Assembly: GCF_963921235.1 (NCBI RefSeq)
Contig: NC_086108.1
Coordinates: forward strand, 66,652,001 to 66,716,000
From: Mobula hypostoma
Lineage: Eukaryota
Reading direction: 5' to 3'
Length of the DNA stretch: 64,000 nt
In this document: piece by piece, positions 52,410 to 64,000 of the stretch
How the letters are laid out: each line of letters starts with the position of its first letter
Position numbering within the stretch: the stretch's first letter is position 1
The notes under the pieces: generated by a model
Seen by the model: the letters and a program-made list of their open reading frames with translations, nothing else
Databases searched by the model: none
What the model was told of the DNA's origin: nothing
Position numbers and translations under genes: made by a program

Positions 52410-53716
52410 CAGGTGTCCCCCGCTTTTCGAAAGTTCACTTTACGACACCTCGCTGTTACGAAAGACCTACATTAGTTACCTGTTTTTCTTAACAGAAGGT
52501 GTTTTCACTGTTACGAAAAAAAGCAGCGCGTGAAAAAAGGCAGCGTGCGAAACAAGGCAGCCAAGCTCCTCCCCTGGAGCTGCGTTCTAGCCGGCATTGC
52601 TTAAACACGTGCCTGTGAGCATCTGTGCTTTATGTCGATTTATTTTGAGCATCTGTTAGCAAGATGACTTCTAAGGTATTGGAAAAGCCAAAAAAGAGCT
52701 CATAAGGATGTTACACTTAGCATAAAACTAGACATAATTAAGCAATCGTGGTCAACGAAGTAAGGACAAAGTGAGTTTGGCTTGTGGAAGTTGATGAAGA
52801 TGATGTTGAAGAGATTTTGGCATCCCATGACCAAGAACTGATAGATGAAGAGCTGATACAATTGGAAGAGGAGAACAATCGAAACCGAATGCAGTAGCGA
52901 ACGAACCAAAAGTGAAGTCGTCTAGGAACTGAACGTGAAGCAACTGCGTGAGATTTTCACTGCAATTGACAACAGTGATTGCAGAAAAGTACGACTTTAA
53001 TTTTGAAAGGGTACTTAGGTTTAGGGCATATTTGCAGGATGGTTTGAGTGCTTACAAAGAACTGTATGATAGCAAAATGCGCAAGGCTAAGCAGTCAAGC
53101 AAGCCTTCCACATCAGCCACAGCAGACGACGAACATCGACCTTCGACATCGAGGCAGGCAGACATAAAAGATGACCTGCCTGCCCTGATGGAAACAGACG
53201 ACGATGAGATGACACCCCAGTGTCCCACCACCCCAACCTCCGACGAATCAGCCTAACACATCATCATCAGTGTGCTCGCTGTCTTCCTGATTCTGGTAAG
53301 TGATACTACACTGTACATACATTATTTCTACTTTATATAGGCTGTGTATTTTTATTTGTTATTTGGTATGATTTGGCAGCTTCATAGCTTAAAGGTTACT
53401 GGAGAGAGTGTTTCTGCCGAGAGCGCTTGCGTGAGAATTTCGCTACGGTGGACAGTGTAGCAATGATTGCAGAAAAGAATTTCTACTTTATATAGGCTGT
53501 GTATTTATCATATCATTCCTGCTTTTACTATATGTTACTGTTATTTTAGGTTTTATGTGTTATTTGGCATGATTTGGTAGGTTATTTTTTGGGTCTGCGA
53601 ACGCTCACAAATTTTTCCCAGATAAATAAATGGTAATTGCTTCTTCACTTTACGACATTCCGGCTTACAAACCGTTTCATAGGAACTCTCTACCTTCGGA
53701 TGGCAGGGGAAACCTG
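52410..53716 (+). mobile_element. Tigger/pogo (CENP-B-like) DNA transposon, internally deleted
   Basis: TA|CAGGTGTCCCCCG...GGGGAAACCTG|TA with imperfect TIRs and TA TSD. Transposase remnants LSIKLDIIK and EVDEDDVEEILASHDQELIDEELIQLEEE. It sits inside another Tigger-like remnant that ends 'cagttaaccagaatcctctg|ta' at ~53837. Confidence 0.88.
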
Positions 53717-55461
53717 TAGTTTGTCTATTTTTATACCTTTTTAACTATTTCCAAGAAACTTTAGCTAATTTGAGCAGCTGCTTAATTGGGCCAAAATATA
53801 CTGGCCCCGGTGTGTCCCAGTTAACCAGAATCCTCTGTATCTGCAAATGCCCCTGCCAGCAGGATTTAAGGACATGGCTAGGGACACCATTCAAGTCTGA
53901 TGCTTTCCATGGGTTTACTCTTGAGACGTTGATGTAATGTCCTCAATAGTGATTGTGGATTCAGGTGCATTGATTGTCAGAGTGGGTGGTGACATTCCAA
54001 TCCCTTTCTGTTCAAAATATGCATAGAATAACTACACATCCTGGAATCACTTGAATGCACTTTTGTCAAAAAAGTATTTGCAATGTTGCAAAATAAAGCT
54101 AGAATGTTTCCCAATATTAGCGGAAAACCCATCAGGTGATATTATTTGCTGTCAGCAGTGAATGTACTGCATGATGCTTGTGAGAGCTTTAAGCTACTTA
54201 GATGACAACTTCTAAAATTTGATCTAACTTTTACAATTAAAAAGTATCTGCCATTCTGGAGCATTGAGTCACATCCACAGGAAAGATGCAGGGGCTAGAT
54301 GAATAAACTGAAAAAGAATAAGATGTGCCTTTAAATATATCGGTAAGTAAATCCAAAAGGGTGAGGTGATCACCTTTCAATATCCCCTTTATTGAAACGT
54401 GATACCTGATTGCCTGGTTTGAGGATTGTGACAGGAGATGAGGTGCCATTCGGCCAGAGAGGCTAGTGTTGTGATTGTGGGAATTGAGTCATTGATTTTA
54501 AAGCCCTTGGTATGTTGTGGGAGAATGGAATGGGGGAGTGGGAGATGGAACTGGCATTTCAGCTTTGTACTCTCATGGAAGGGGAAGAGGCACTGAAATC
54601 TATTGCACTGATTGGTGTAGGAGACATTGTGATGTTGGAGGAGGAGCTCGTATTAATTATGGTGATCAGCTAATGAGGAGGGAGGAACCAGCTTCAGTGC
54701 GGCATTGGCAAGGGGAGTTGATATACAAGTGGACTAGGGGAGTTGATATACAAGTGGACTAGGGGAGTTAAAGATAAGTAAAATTCTTAATTGGTAGAGG
54801 TCAAATGGTTATTATCCTTGCACTGGGCTGGGAAGACCATGTTATTCTGGAAGAATCTGACAATATTTGTTTCAGGATTGGTCCAGAGTTCTCCCAGAAT
54901 GCTTCAAATGAAATACTGCATAGAGAATAACATCATCTCATGTGCAACTCAGAGTGAGCTTATATTAGACTTGCAAGGGTGATGTGAATTATAGTCATAT
55001 GTTCTCATCCATGAAATCAATTTTCTATCATATGATCTGAAAAAAACATGTGTTTATTATTGGAATTTCTAATTAATATTATTTGCTCAATAAAAATCCT
55101 ATAATTGCTCTGTTTAATTTTATATCTGCCAATTATACACTATGCTTAGAAAATGCCAGGCTGTTTTCTCTTGGTCCACAGTCTATTCCCCCACAAACAC
55201 GATGTTTTTACACTCATTCTTATCTACACTGAATCAAATCTGTTACTTGTTAACGTAAATGTATCAGTTTATCGCCTCATTATTCAGCAGCAGGGTTCAG
55301 TACTCTTATTGCTTACCAGACTAAACACATGCACATAATCAGAACAGCACAAAAAATTAAAATCTGTCTGCCCTGAGGTCACTGGCAAAGAAAGACATAG
55401 ACATTCAGCTGCCTGGCTAAAATTTCCCTGAGGTTATTTTGCAGTGGGAACAGAGTAAACT

Positions 55462-55985
55462 CTATCCACGGCCTCCTCTACTGTAAAGATGAGGCCACAC
55501 TCAGGTTGGAGGAACAACACCTTATATTCTGTCTGGGTAGCCTCCAACCTGATGGCATGAACATCGACTTCTCTAACTTCCGCTGATGCCCCACCTCCCC
55601 TTCGTACCCCATCTGTTACTTATTTTTATACACACATTCTTTCTCTCACTCTCCTTTTTCTCCCTCTGTCCCTCTGAATATGCCCCTTGCCCATCCTCTG
55701 GGTTCCCCCCCCACCTTGTCTTTCTTCCCGGACCTCCTGTCCCATGATTCTCTCGTATCCCCTTTGCCTATCACCTGTCCAGCTCTTGGCTCCATCCCTC
55801 CCCCTCCTGTCTTCTCCTATCATTTTGGATCTCCCCCTCCCCCTCCAACTTTCAAATCCCTTACTCACTCTTCCCTCAGTTAGTCCTGACGAAGGGTCTC
55901 GGCCTGAAACGTCGCCTGCACCTCTTCCTACAGATGCTGCCTGGCCTGCTGCGTTCACCAGCAACTTTGATGTGTGTTGCTTGAT
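55462..55985 (+). mobile_element. Penelope-like element 3' part (GIY-YIG C-terminus and tail) with hammerhead motif at 55882-55918
   Basis: Encodes IHGLLYCKDEATLRLEEQHLIFCLGSLQPDGMNIDFSNFR*, homologous to ORF 59761..60087. Hammerhead-like AGTC-CTGACGA-agggtctcggcct-GAAAC-GTC. Confidence 0.9.
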
Positions 55986-56441
55986 CTTCTAAAAATACCA
56001 TCTTACCTTTCCAGAAAATACAGGATAGAGAGATCCACAGAGCCGAAGTCTAGATCAGAATGACTGCATTTTGTCATATCTCTGTACAAAAACTGAAATT
56101 ATTTATTGAAACATACTTCTCCAATTTGAAGATCTCAGCATGGCTGTGTGCAAGCAGAGATCACAGTGCTTTCTCTACCGCTCTTCCATACACCGCTCCA
56201 ATGAGCGGCAGAGCGGCTGAGCGGCATTTTGTGCATGTTTTAAGTTGGTCACGGCTATGGCTCAATTGGTAGCCTTTTTTTGCTTTGAGCTGAAAATAGA
56301 AATAACAAATCCAGCAGAAAATCACAAGACCTCAAACAGAATGACATTAAAAGAGGACTGCACTCTGTCAAGTTGAAGATCACCTCTGTTTTCCGGCAGA
56401 AGATGGATCATTGGCTGATTGGGTAAGACTGTAGTTGGATT

Positions 56442-58632
56442 AAGAACACAAGAAATAGCAGCAGGAGTAGGCCATCCGGCCCATCGAACCTGCTCTGCTA
56501 TTCAATAAGATCATGGCTGATCTGGCCATGGACTCACCTCCACCTACCTGCCTTTTTCTCATAAACTTTAATTTCCCTACTATGCAAAAATCTATCCAAC
56601 CTTGTCTTAAGTATACTTTCTGAGGTAGCCTCCACTGCTTCTCTGGGTGGAGAATTCCACAGATTCACCACTCTCTGTAAATAAGTTCTCCTTATCTCCA
56701 TCCTTAATCTATTCCCACGAATCTTAGGGCTATGTCCCCTAGTTCTATTCACACCTACCAGTGGAAACAACTTTCTTGCCTCTATCTTATCTATCCCTTT
56801 CATAATTTTATACTTTTCTATAACATCTCCTCTCATTCTTTTGAATTCCAGTGAGTACTGTCCCAGGTGATTCAATCTCTCCTCATTGCTTAAACCCCTC
56901 ATCTCTGGAATCAATCTGGTGAACCTCCTCTGCACTGCCTCCAAAGCCAGTACATCCTTCCTCAAGCTCTTCATACAGTACTTCAGGTGTAGCCTCACCA
57001 GTACCCTGTACAGTTGCAGCATAACCTCCCTGCTCTTAAATTCAGTCCCTGTAGCAATGAAGGCCAACATTCCATTTGCCTTCCTGACTCATGCACAAGC
57101 ACTCCCAAGTACCTCTGCACAGCAGCATGCTGTATTTTTTTACCAATTAAATAATAACCTGATCTTCCTTCTTTCGTTCCAAAGTGGATTACCTCATATT
57201 TACCAATATTGTATTCTATCTGCCAGACCCTTGCCCATTCACTTAACCTAGCTATATCTCCTGCATAATTTGCTTTTCCACTCAACTTAGTGTCATCAGC
57301 AAACTTAGATACACTACACTCGGTCCCTTTTTCCAGATCGTTAATGTATATTGTGAACAGTTGCAGGCCCAGCACCGACCCCTGCGGAACACCACTCACC
57401 ACTGATTGCCAACCAAGGTTGCCAACTCACTGCTTTTGATTAGTTAACCAATCTTCTATCCATGTTAATATATCACCCCCAACTGTATGCATACTTATCT
57501 TATGGACAAGTCTTTTATGCAGCACCTTATTGAATGCCTTCTGGAAATCCATGTAAATAATTTCCATCTGTTCCCCTCTAACCACTGTGCTCATTATATC
57601 CTCAAAGAACTCTATTAACTTTGTCAAACAGGACCTGCCTTCGCTGAATCCATGCTACATCTGCCTGTTCTTTCCAGATGCCTTGCTATTTCTTCTTTAA
57701 TGACAGCTTCAAGCATTTTCCTAACTACTGATGTTAAACTAAACCGGCTTATAGCTACCTGCCTTTTGCCTACATCCTTTTTTGAATAGTGGCATGACAT
57801 TCGCTGTCTTCCAATCCACCGAGACCTGCCCAGAGTCAAGAGGATTTTTGGTAAATTATAACCAAAGCTTCCACTACAACTTCTGCCATTTCTTTCAGTA
57901 CCCTGAGATGCATTCCATCAGGACTAGGGTACTTATCTATCTTCAGGCCCATGAGTTTGCTCAGTACTATGTCTTTAATGATAGCTATTGTATCGAGGTC
58001 CTCACCTCCCATCACGACTATAACATCTTTCTTTGGCATGTTTAGATGTGTTCTCCAGCATGAAGACCGACACAAAATAGTCGTTCAAAGCTTTGGCCAT
58101 TTCCTCATTACCTAATATCAATTCCCCCTTCTCATCCTCCAAGGGCCTTACGTTCACTTTAGCCACCCTTATATAATTTACATAATTATAAGAACTTTTA
58201 ATATCCATTTTTATATTTTGTGCTAGTTTATTTTCATAATCTATCTTCCCTTTCTTTATTGTTCGCTTAGTCGTTCCTTGTTACTTTTTAAAGTTTTCCA
58301 ATCTTCCAGTTCCCTACTACTTTTGGCAACTTTGTACACATGAGCATTCAGTTTGATGCCTTCTTTTACTTCCTTTGTTATCCAAGGCTGGCTCTCCCCA
58401 TCCTTACTGTCCTCCTTTTAACTGGAGTATACTTTTGTTGACCACCGTGAAAAATCTTTTTGAAAGTTTTCCACTGTTTCTGAACCATCCCACCATATCA
58501 CCTGTATTCCCAGTCTACACTAGCCAAATCCTCTCTCATCCCATTGTAGTCTCCATTGTTCAGGCATAATACATCGGTTTTAGATTGAACTATTGCACCT
58601 TCCATTTGTATGAGAAACTCAATCATACTGTC
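56442..58632 (-). mobile_element. CR1 LINE, 5'-truncated, multiple frameshifts
   Basis: ORFs 56534..57070, 56995..57402 (GVPQGSVLG, KFADD), 57427..57627 (YMDFQKAF), 57836..58075 and 58002..58208. Confidence 0.93.
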
Positions 58633-58849
58633 ATTTGTTATTTGCTATGTTGAAACTTCACTGAGCTCTGATATAGACTGAAATTAATGTAGCTTAACTG
58701 GATATGTATTCAAGAACCAAAATGACATTTTTATTGAGGCTGATCCTAAGAAATAGGGTTTGAAGAATTAATTTATCATAGCATCATCACAGCTGCTCAT
58801 GTCATATAGTTAAAGAGTGATACAGTATGAAACAAGCCTTTGTCTCACT

Positions 58850-59138
58850 TATTTATTGAGATACAGTGCAGAGTAGGCCCTTCCAGACCTTTGAGCTGCA
58901 CCGCCCTGCAATCCCCGATTTAACATTATCCTAATTATTGGACAATTTACAATGACCAATTAACCTACTAACCGGTATGTCTTTGGGCTGTGGGAGGAAA
59001 CCGAAGTGCCCAGAGAAAACCTGCGCATTCCACGGGAAGGACATACAGATCCCTTCCAGATGATGCCGGAATTGAACCCTGAACTTCAACGCCCTGAGCT
59101 GTAATAGCGTCGCGCTAACCTCTATGCTACTCCGGTGC
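58850..59138 (-). mobile_element. tRNA-derived V-SINE (HE1-like), well preserved
   Basis: Reverse strand shows an A-box-like 'tagcatagaggtt', B-box 'ggttcaattcc', V-domain 'ggtttcctcccacagcccaaagac...taggttaattggtcattgtaaattgtcc' and a LINE-like 3' hairpin. Weaker copies at ~5340-5500 and ~62640-62830. Confidence 0.8.
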
Positions 59139-59234
59139 TCGTTGAGTCTGCATTGACAAAAAACAATCACCTTTTGCACTATTTCCATATTTTTATTTTC
59201 TCCATTTGGTTTCCCTTGTAGACTCAAAAGTAAC

Positions 59235-61062
59235 AAGCCTGGGTGTTATCCTTGATTTCAATTTGAATTTTAAATTCCACAAAAAAAGAAAGCAACCAAG
59301 GCAGCACTTCTACATTTAAAATTTGCAAAGGTACACCTGTTTCTGTCACATAATGATGCTGAAAAACTAAATCACACCTTTACACAAAATACTCTGCAGA
59401 TGCTGGGGTCAAAGCAACACTCACAGTACGCTGGAGGAACTCAGCAGGTCGGGCAGCATTCGTGGAAATGATCAGTCAGCGTTTCGGGCCGGAACCCTTC
59501 ATCAGGACTGTAGAGGGAAGGGGCAGAGGCCCTATAAAGAAGGTGGCGGGAGGGTGGGAAGGAGAAGGCTGGTAGGTTCCAGGTGAAAATCCAGTAAGGG
59601 GAAAGATAAGGGGTGGGGGAGGGGATAGGCAGGAAAGGTGAAGAAGGAAATGGGGAAAGCCCAATGGGTAGTAGAAGGAGGCAGAACCAAAAGGGAGGTG
59701 GTAGGCAGCTGGGGGAGGGGGCAGAGTGACATAGGGATAGGGCAAGGGAGGGGGAGGGAATTACCGGAAGTTGGAGAATTCTATGTTCATACCAAGGGAC
59801 TGGAGACTACCCAGACAGTATGTGAGGTGTTGCTCCTCCAACCTGAGTTTAGCCTCATCATGGCAGTAGAGGAGGCCATGTATGGACATATCTGAATGGG
59901 AATGGGAAGCAGAGTTGAAGTGGGTGGCTACCGGGAGATCCTGTCTGTTGTGGCAGACGGAGTGGAGATACTCGATGAAGCGGTCCTCCAATCTGCGTTG
60001 GGTTTCACCGATGTAGAGGAGGCCACACCGGGAGCACTGGATGCAATAGATGACCCCAACAGACTCACAAGTGAAGTGTTGCCTCACCTGGAAGGACTGT
60101 TTGGGGCCTTGAATGGTGGCAAGAGAGGAGTTGTAGGGACAGGTGTAGCACTTACTCTTACAGGGATAAGTGCCGGGAAAGAGACCTTTGGGGAGGGACG
60201 TGTGGACCAGGGAGTCGCGGAGGGAACGATCCCTGCGGAAGGTGGAGAGGGGTGGAAAGGGAAAGATGTGCTTAGTGGTGGGGTCCTGTTGAAGGTGGCA
60301 GAAGTTGTGGAGGATAATTTGCTGGATCCGGAGGCTGGTGGGGTGGTAGGTGAGGACAAGGGGAACTCTGTCCCTGTTGTGGTGATGGGAGGATGGATTG
60401 AGGGCCGAAGTGTGGGAAATATAGGAGATGCGGGTAAGGGCATCATTGATAATGGCAGAAGGGAAATCACACCTTTATATTGCACTAACTAAATCAGTAC
60501 AATGCACTTTTTACTGGCCTTCCAAAGCAATCAATAGATTTTAACGCATTTAGAGCTCTGCTGCTAGACTTTTAACTAAGACCGTGATAAGGCAGCATAT
60601 CACTCCCATCTTAGCTACTCTGCATTGGCTTCCTCCGGCTTTTAAAACTGATTTCAAAGTTCTCTTACTTATTTATAAAGCTCTTAATCATCTGGGAGTA
60701 CATCACAGAATTACTTTGGTTCCATAATCCTGCTCGAGCTCTCTGGTCTTCTTCCGGCGATCTCATTAATTTAAACGATTTCCACAAAAGACAACTGGCA
60801 GGCCAGCTTTTTTGAACTATGCCCCTAAACTGTGGAATTCAATACTTAAAACTATAAGGGATGCAGACTGTGTTGACACTTTTAAATGCCAGCTCAAAAC
60901 CTATTTATTTAACCTTTCTTTTAACTAACATCTTTTTGTCTTTTATTTTCATAGGTATTTTTTATTTTTTATTTTGTGTTTTGTATTTCATGTTTGCACT
61001 TTATCCCATTGTAAAGCACTTTGAACTACATTATCTATATGAAGAGTGCTCTGTAAATAAGT
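59235..61062 (+). mobile_element. L2-clade LINE 3' fragment split by a Penelope insertion
   Basis: Decayed peptides LGVILD, DAEKLxHTF | NALFTGLP, AARLLT, HITPILATLHWLP and APKLWNS, typical of the L2 ORF2 C-terminus. Confidence 0.75.
59383..60463 (-). mobile_element. Penelope-like element, 5'-truncated (GIY-YIG endonuclease and tail), 14-bp TSD
   Basis: ORF 59761..60087 FTCESVGVIYCIQCSRCGLLYIGETQRRL (GIY-YIG with CCHH-type residues). TSD AAATCACACCTTTA at 59369-59382 and 60464-60477. Hammerhead motif at 59473-59510. Confidence 0.93.
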
Positions 61063-61067
61063 GAATC

Positions 61068-62610
61068 CTTGCCCCAGTATATAAGAAGGGTGACCACATT
61101 TGACCCTGGTAACTACAGACCAGTAAGTTTAATGTGTATCGCAGGCAAGGTAATGGAAACAATAATAAAGAATGAGATGGAAAAGCACCTGATAAGAATG
61201 AGCATGTTAGCAGAAAGCCAGCGTAGATTCAGAAAGAGGAAATCATGTTTTACCAATATGCTGGAGTTCTATGAAGAGGGAACTAAAATTTATGATAACA
61301 ATAAAGTGGCTGATATCATTACTTGGACTTTCAGAAGGCTTTTATCAAGGTACCACATGAGAGGTTAATAATCAGATTACTGGAGGTGGGCATTCAGGGT
61401 AAGGTGTGCAAATGGGTGGAGAACAACAGATTACGCTGAGAGAATCATTTTCTCACCTAGAAGATGTTAAAAGTGGGGTTCTGCAGAAATCAGTTTCGGG
61501 GCCACTGCTGTTTTTAATTTACATTAAGAACATAGCAAATAAACTAATAAAGTTTGCTGATGACACAAAATTGGGGGATGGGCTGATAACATTCAGGCAG
61601 CTGAATCAATATAGTTAGGTCTAAACAAAATCCAGATGTGGGCAAATAAATGGCGGATGAAAATTAATATAAGTAAATGTAAATTACTACAGATAGGAAG
61701 TAGAAACATTAAATATAAATATATAATGGGGGTCTTGAGTTAGAAAATGCACTGTATGAGAAGCATTTAGGCATCCTGGTGCCCTCATCATTATCAACAT
61801 CCAGACAATGCACAGAAGGGATTAGGAAGGCTAATAGAATATTGGGCTATATAATGCACTCAGTGGAGCTCAAGTCAAAGCTGCATAAACCACATGTGAG
61901 GTCACACCTTGAATACTGCACAATTTTGGTCTCTATATTGTGTGAGGGATGTGAAGGCACTGAAGAGAGTCCAGAGAAGAGCGACTAGACTCATTCCAGA
62001 TCTGCAGGGTATGAGCTATGAAGAAAGATTGAAAGAATTAAATCTTTTTATCCTATGTAGAAGTAGAATAAGAGGAGACATGTTAGAAGTTTTCAAGACT
62101 ATTAAGGGTATAAGTAAAATGCATGCCAGCTGCTACTTCAAAATTAATCCATCAACAAGGACACGGGGCCACAGGTGGAGACCGGTTAAGGGGACATTTC
62201 AGATGAACATCAGGAACCCTTTCATGACACAGAGTTGTTGACACATGGAACAAACTAACTAGTTGTGTAGTTGAGAGTAGTATCTTAGAGACTTTCAAAT
62301 CTAAACTTGAAAGAATATAGAACATAGAAATCTACAACATATTACAGGCCCTTCTGCCCACAATGTTGTGCCAACCATGTAACCTACTCTAGAAACTGTC
62401 TAGAATTTCCCAGCCACATAGCCCTCTGTTTTTCTAAGCTCCATGCCCCTATCTAAGAGTCTCTTAAAAGACCCTATTGTATCCACCTCTACCACTATCA
62501 CTGGCAGTGCATTCCATGCACCCACCACTCTTGTGAAGATATTTCAACACTCTATGTGAATAGAAATTTAGCAAGCTTTGTTGGGCCGAATGGCCGGTTC
62601 TTGTCAAAAA
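61068..62610 (+). mobile_element. CR1 LINE fragment, with a second CR1 tail (-) inserted at ~62312-62537
   Basis: ORFs 61069..61368 (PGNYRPVSL), 61406..61618 (KFADD) and 61909..62241; 3' hairpin 'gggccgaatggcc'. Confidence 0.88.
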
Positions 62611-63054
62611 CTTTCTAATGTTCTAATATGATTACATTCCCGTTAGCTCCCCCAGATTCTATCACTCCCTTACACATAAGGGACAATTTACAGTGGCCAG
62701 TGAATCCATCAACTTTCATATCTTTGGAATGCTAAAGCATCAAGAGGAAACCCATACAGTCATAGGAGAAAACGCAAACTCCACAGAGAGGACCAAAGAT
62801 CAAGACTGAACCCAAGTCAACAATGCAGTTTCACTATATCTCAAAATAGTAAAAAGATTTGAAAAGGAGGAGGAAAGTACTTTAATTCCCAAAAGCTATT
62901 GAGCGATTCCTGATAAAGAAAACATGCAACTCTGTATGAGAAACAAGTAGTTTTGGACATAATTATGAATTACACAGGTAGCAATATTACTGTAAAGGAT
63001 GTATTCACTTGTTGAACTAATCCATAGAATGTTAAAATTGGTTATCATCCCTAT

Positions 63055-63390
63055 GATCTTAGGCTGACCCTTCAGTACAGCACTACACTGAAAGACTGCA
63101 AAATTAAAGCCCAATAGTAAACCCAGCTCCTCCTTCAGGTTCAAATGAATGCACCAATTCTTATGACTCCGTCCAAGAAAAATAGAGGTTGCACCTGGTT
63201 TCCTAGCCAGCATTCTATGCCAACAGATAATATCTCAAGACAAATCATTCAACTGTTGTAAATTGATTGATTTGTTTGACCACAAACAACAATGCTTATA
63301 TCTGAAAAGTTAGTTTGATATGAATGGCTTCATTGAAGTGTAGGATGTAGTAGGCCATAATGTGGATGCAAGTTAGTTCATTTCCAAATT
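63055..63390 (+). mobile_element. Possible ancient DeuSINE-type (SacSINE1/AmnSINE1-like) relic
   Basis: Colinear weak similarity to the Deu-domain consensus as I recall it ('taggctgacccttcagtacagcact', 'cctggtttcctagccagcattctat'). Not verified. Confidence 0.35.
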
Positions 63391-64000
63391 TGAGTGAAAT
63401 GACTGAAGAAATCCTATGTTTGGGATTAAATGAAAAAGCAGACTGTTTTGTTATTCTGCATTTTTCTCATCAATCAAGCACCATTCATATCTGAAAAGAA
63501 TGATTTTGAATCTTAAAGGGATGTTACCACCAACATGTACAAATATTTAGAATCCTATTGAAAGATTTTATGGAATCAGACACCAGACCTCTTACTTATG
63601 CATGCTATGACAAGAACAATGTTTTGCCTTTCAAGTGTCTATTCATGTTGGCCTGTACATCAAAAAAATGCTTGAAAATAAAAGTTTAAAGGAGGCTTTT
63701 TGCTGTCAGTGGAAGAAAAATGCTAGATTTAATCTAATATTTGAATAGAAATTTAACTTGTATAAGCCTTTAATGATCTGACCAACTCTTAGTGAAATGC
63801 CTCAAAGTCTGTTGCATATAATCTTGGGTCATTTCAATTAGCAACAACATATTATCTTTGACAATTTTGTTGCACTGAAGAAGGTATCAAACTTAACAGA
63901 ATTTGAAAATAGAATTAATGGTCTTTAATTGAAACATTTGTATATAAGCACAAGAAATTCTGCTGGTGCTGGAAATCCTGAGCAACACACTCAAAATACT

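Noticed and set aside
54711..54768. 25-bp tandem duplication, and similar short duplications at ~31929-31964 and ~47033-47085
   Set aside because: Ordinary slippage duplications with no sign of function.

Overview
Eukaryotic genomic DNA, most likely from a cartilaginous fish (ray or shark); this is inferred from the mix of CR1 LINEs, V-SINE/HE1-like SINEs, Rex1-like LINEs and Penelope elements. I cannot recognise any intact host protein-coding gene, and nearly all long ORFs are transposon-derived. The transposon content is: a full-length but decayed Gypsy LTR retrotransposon (7145-12439) with two LINE insertions, many CR1 and Rex1/Babar LINE fragments, an L2 fragment, Penelope-like elements whose tails carry minimal hammerhead-ribozyme motifs, and Tigger/pogo and mariner-type DNA elements. 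The most unusual signals are four. (1) A Tigger-like element contains a probable ITS2 end joined to the 5' end of 28S rDNA between its TIRs (22405-23391). (2) A perfect 239-bp inverted repeat lies in otherwise unique DNA (32515-33007). (3) A decayed minus-strand reading frame encodes about 17 copies of an acidic 11-residue 'DLDDP' repeat (42543-43250). (4) Several minus-strand splice-site-bounded segments may be remnants of an unidentified host gene. All calls were made by eye, without database searches, and boundaries of old repeats are approximate.
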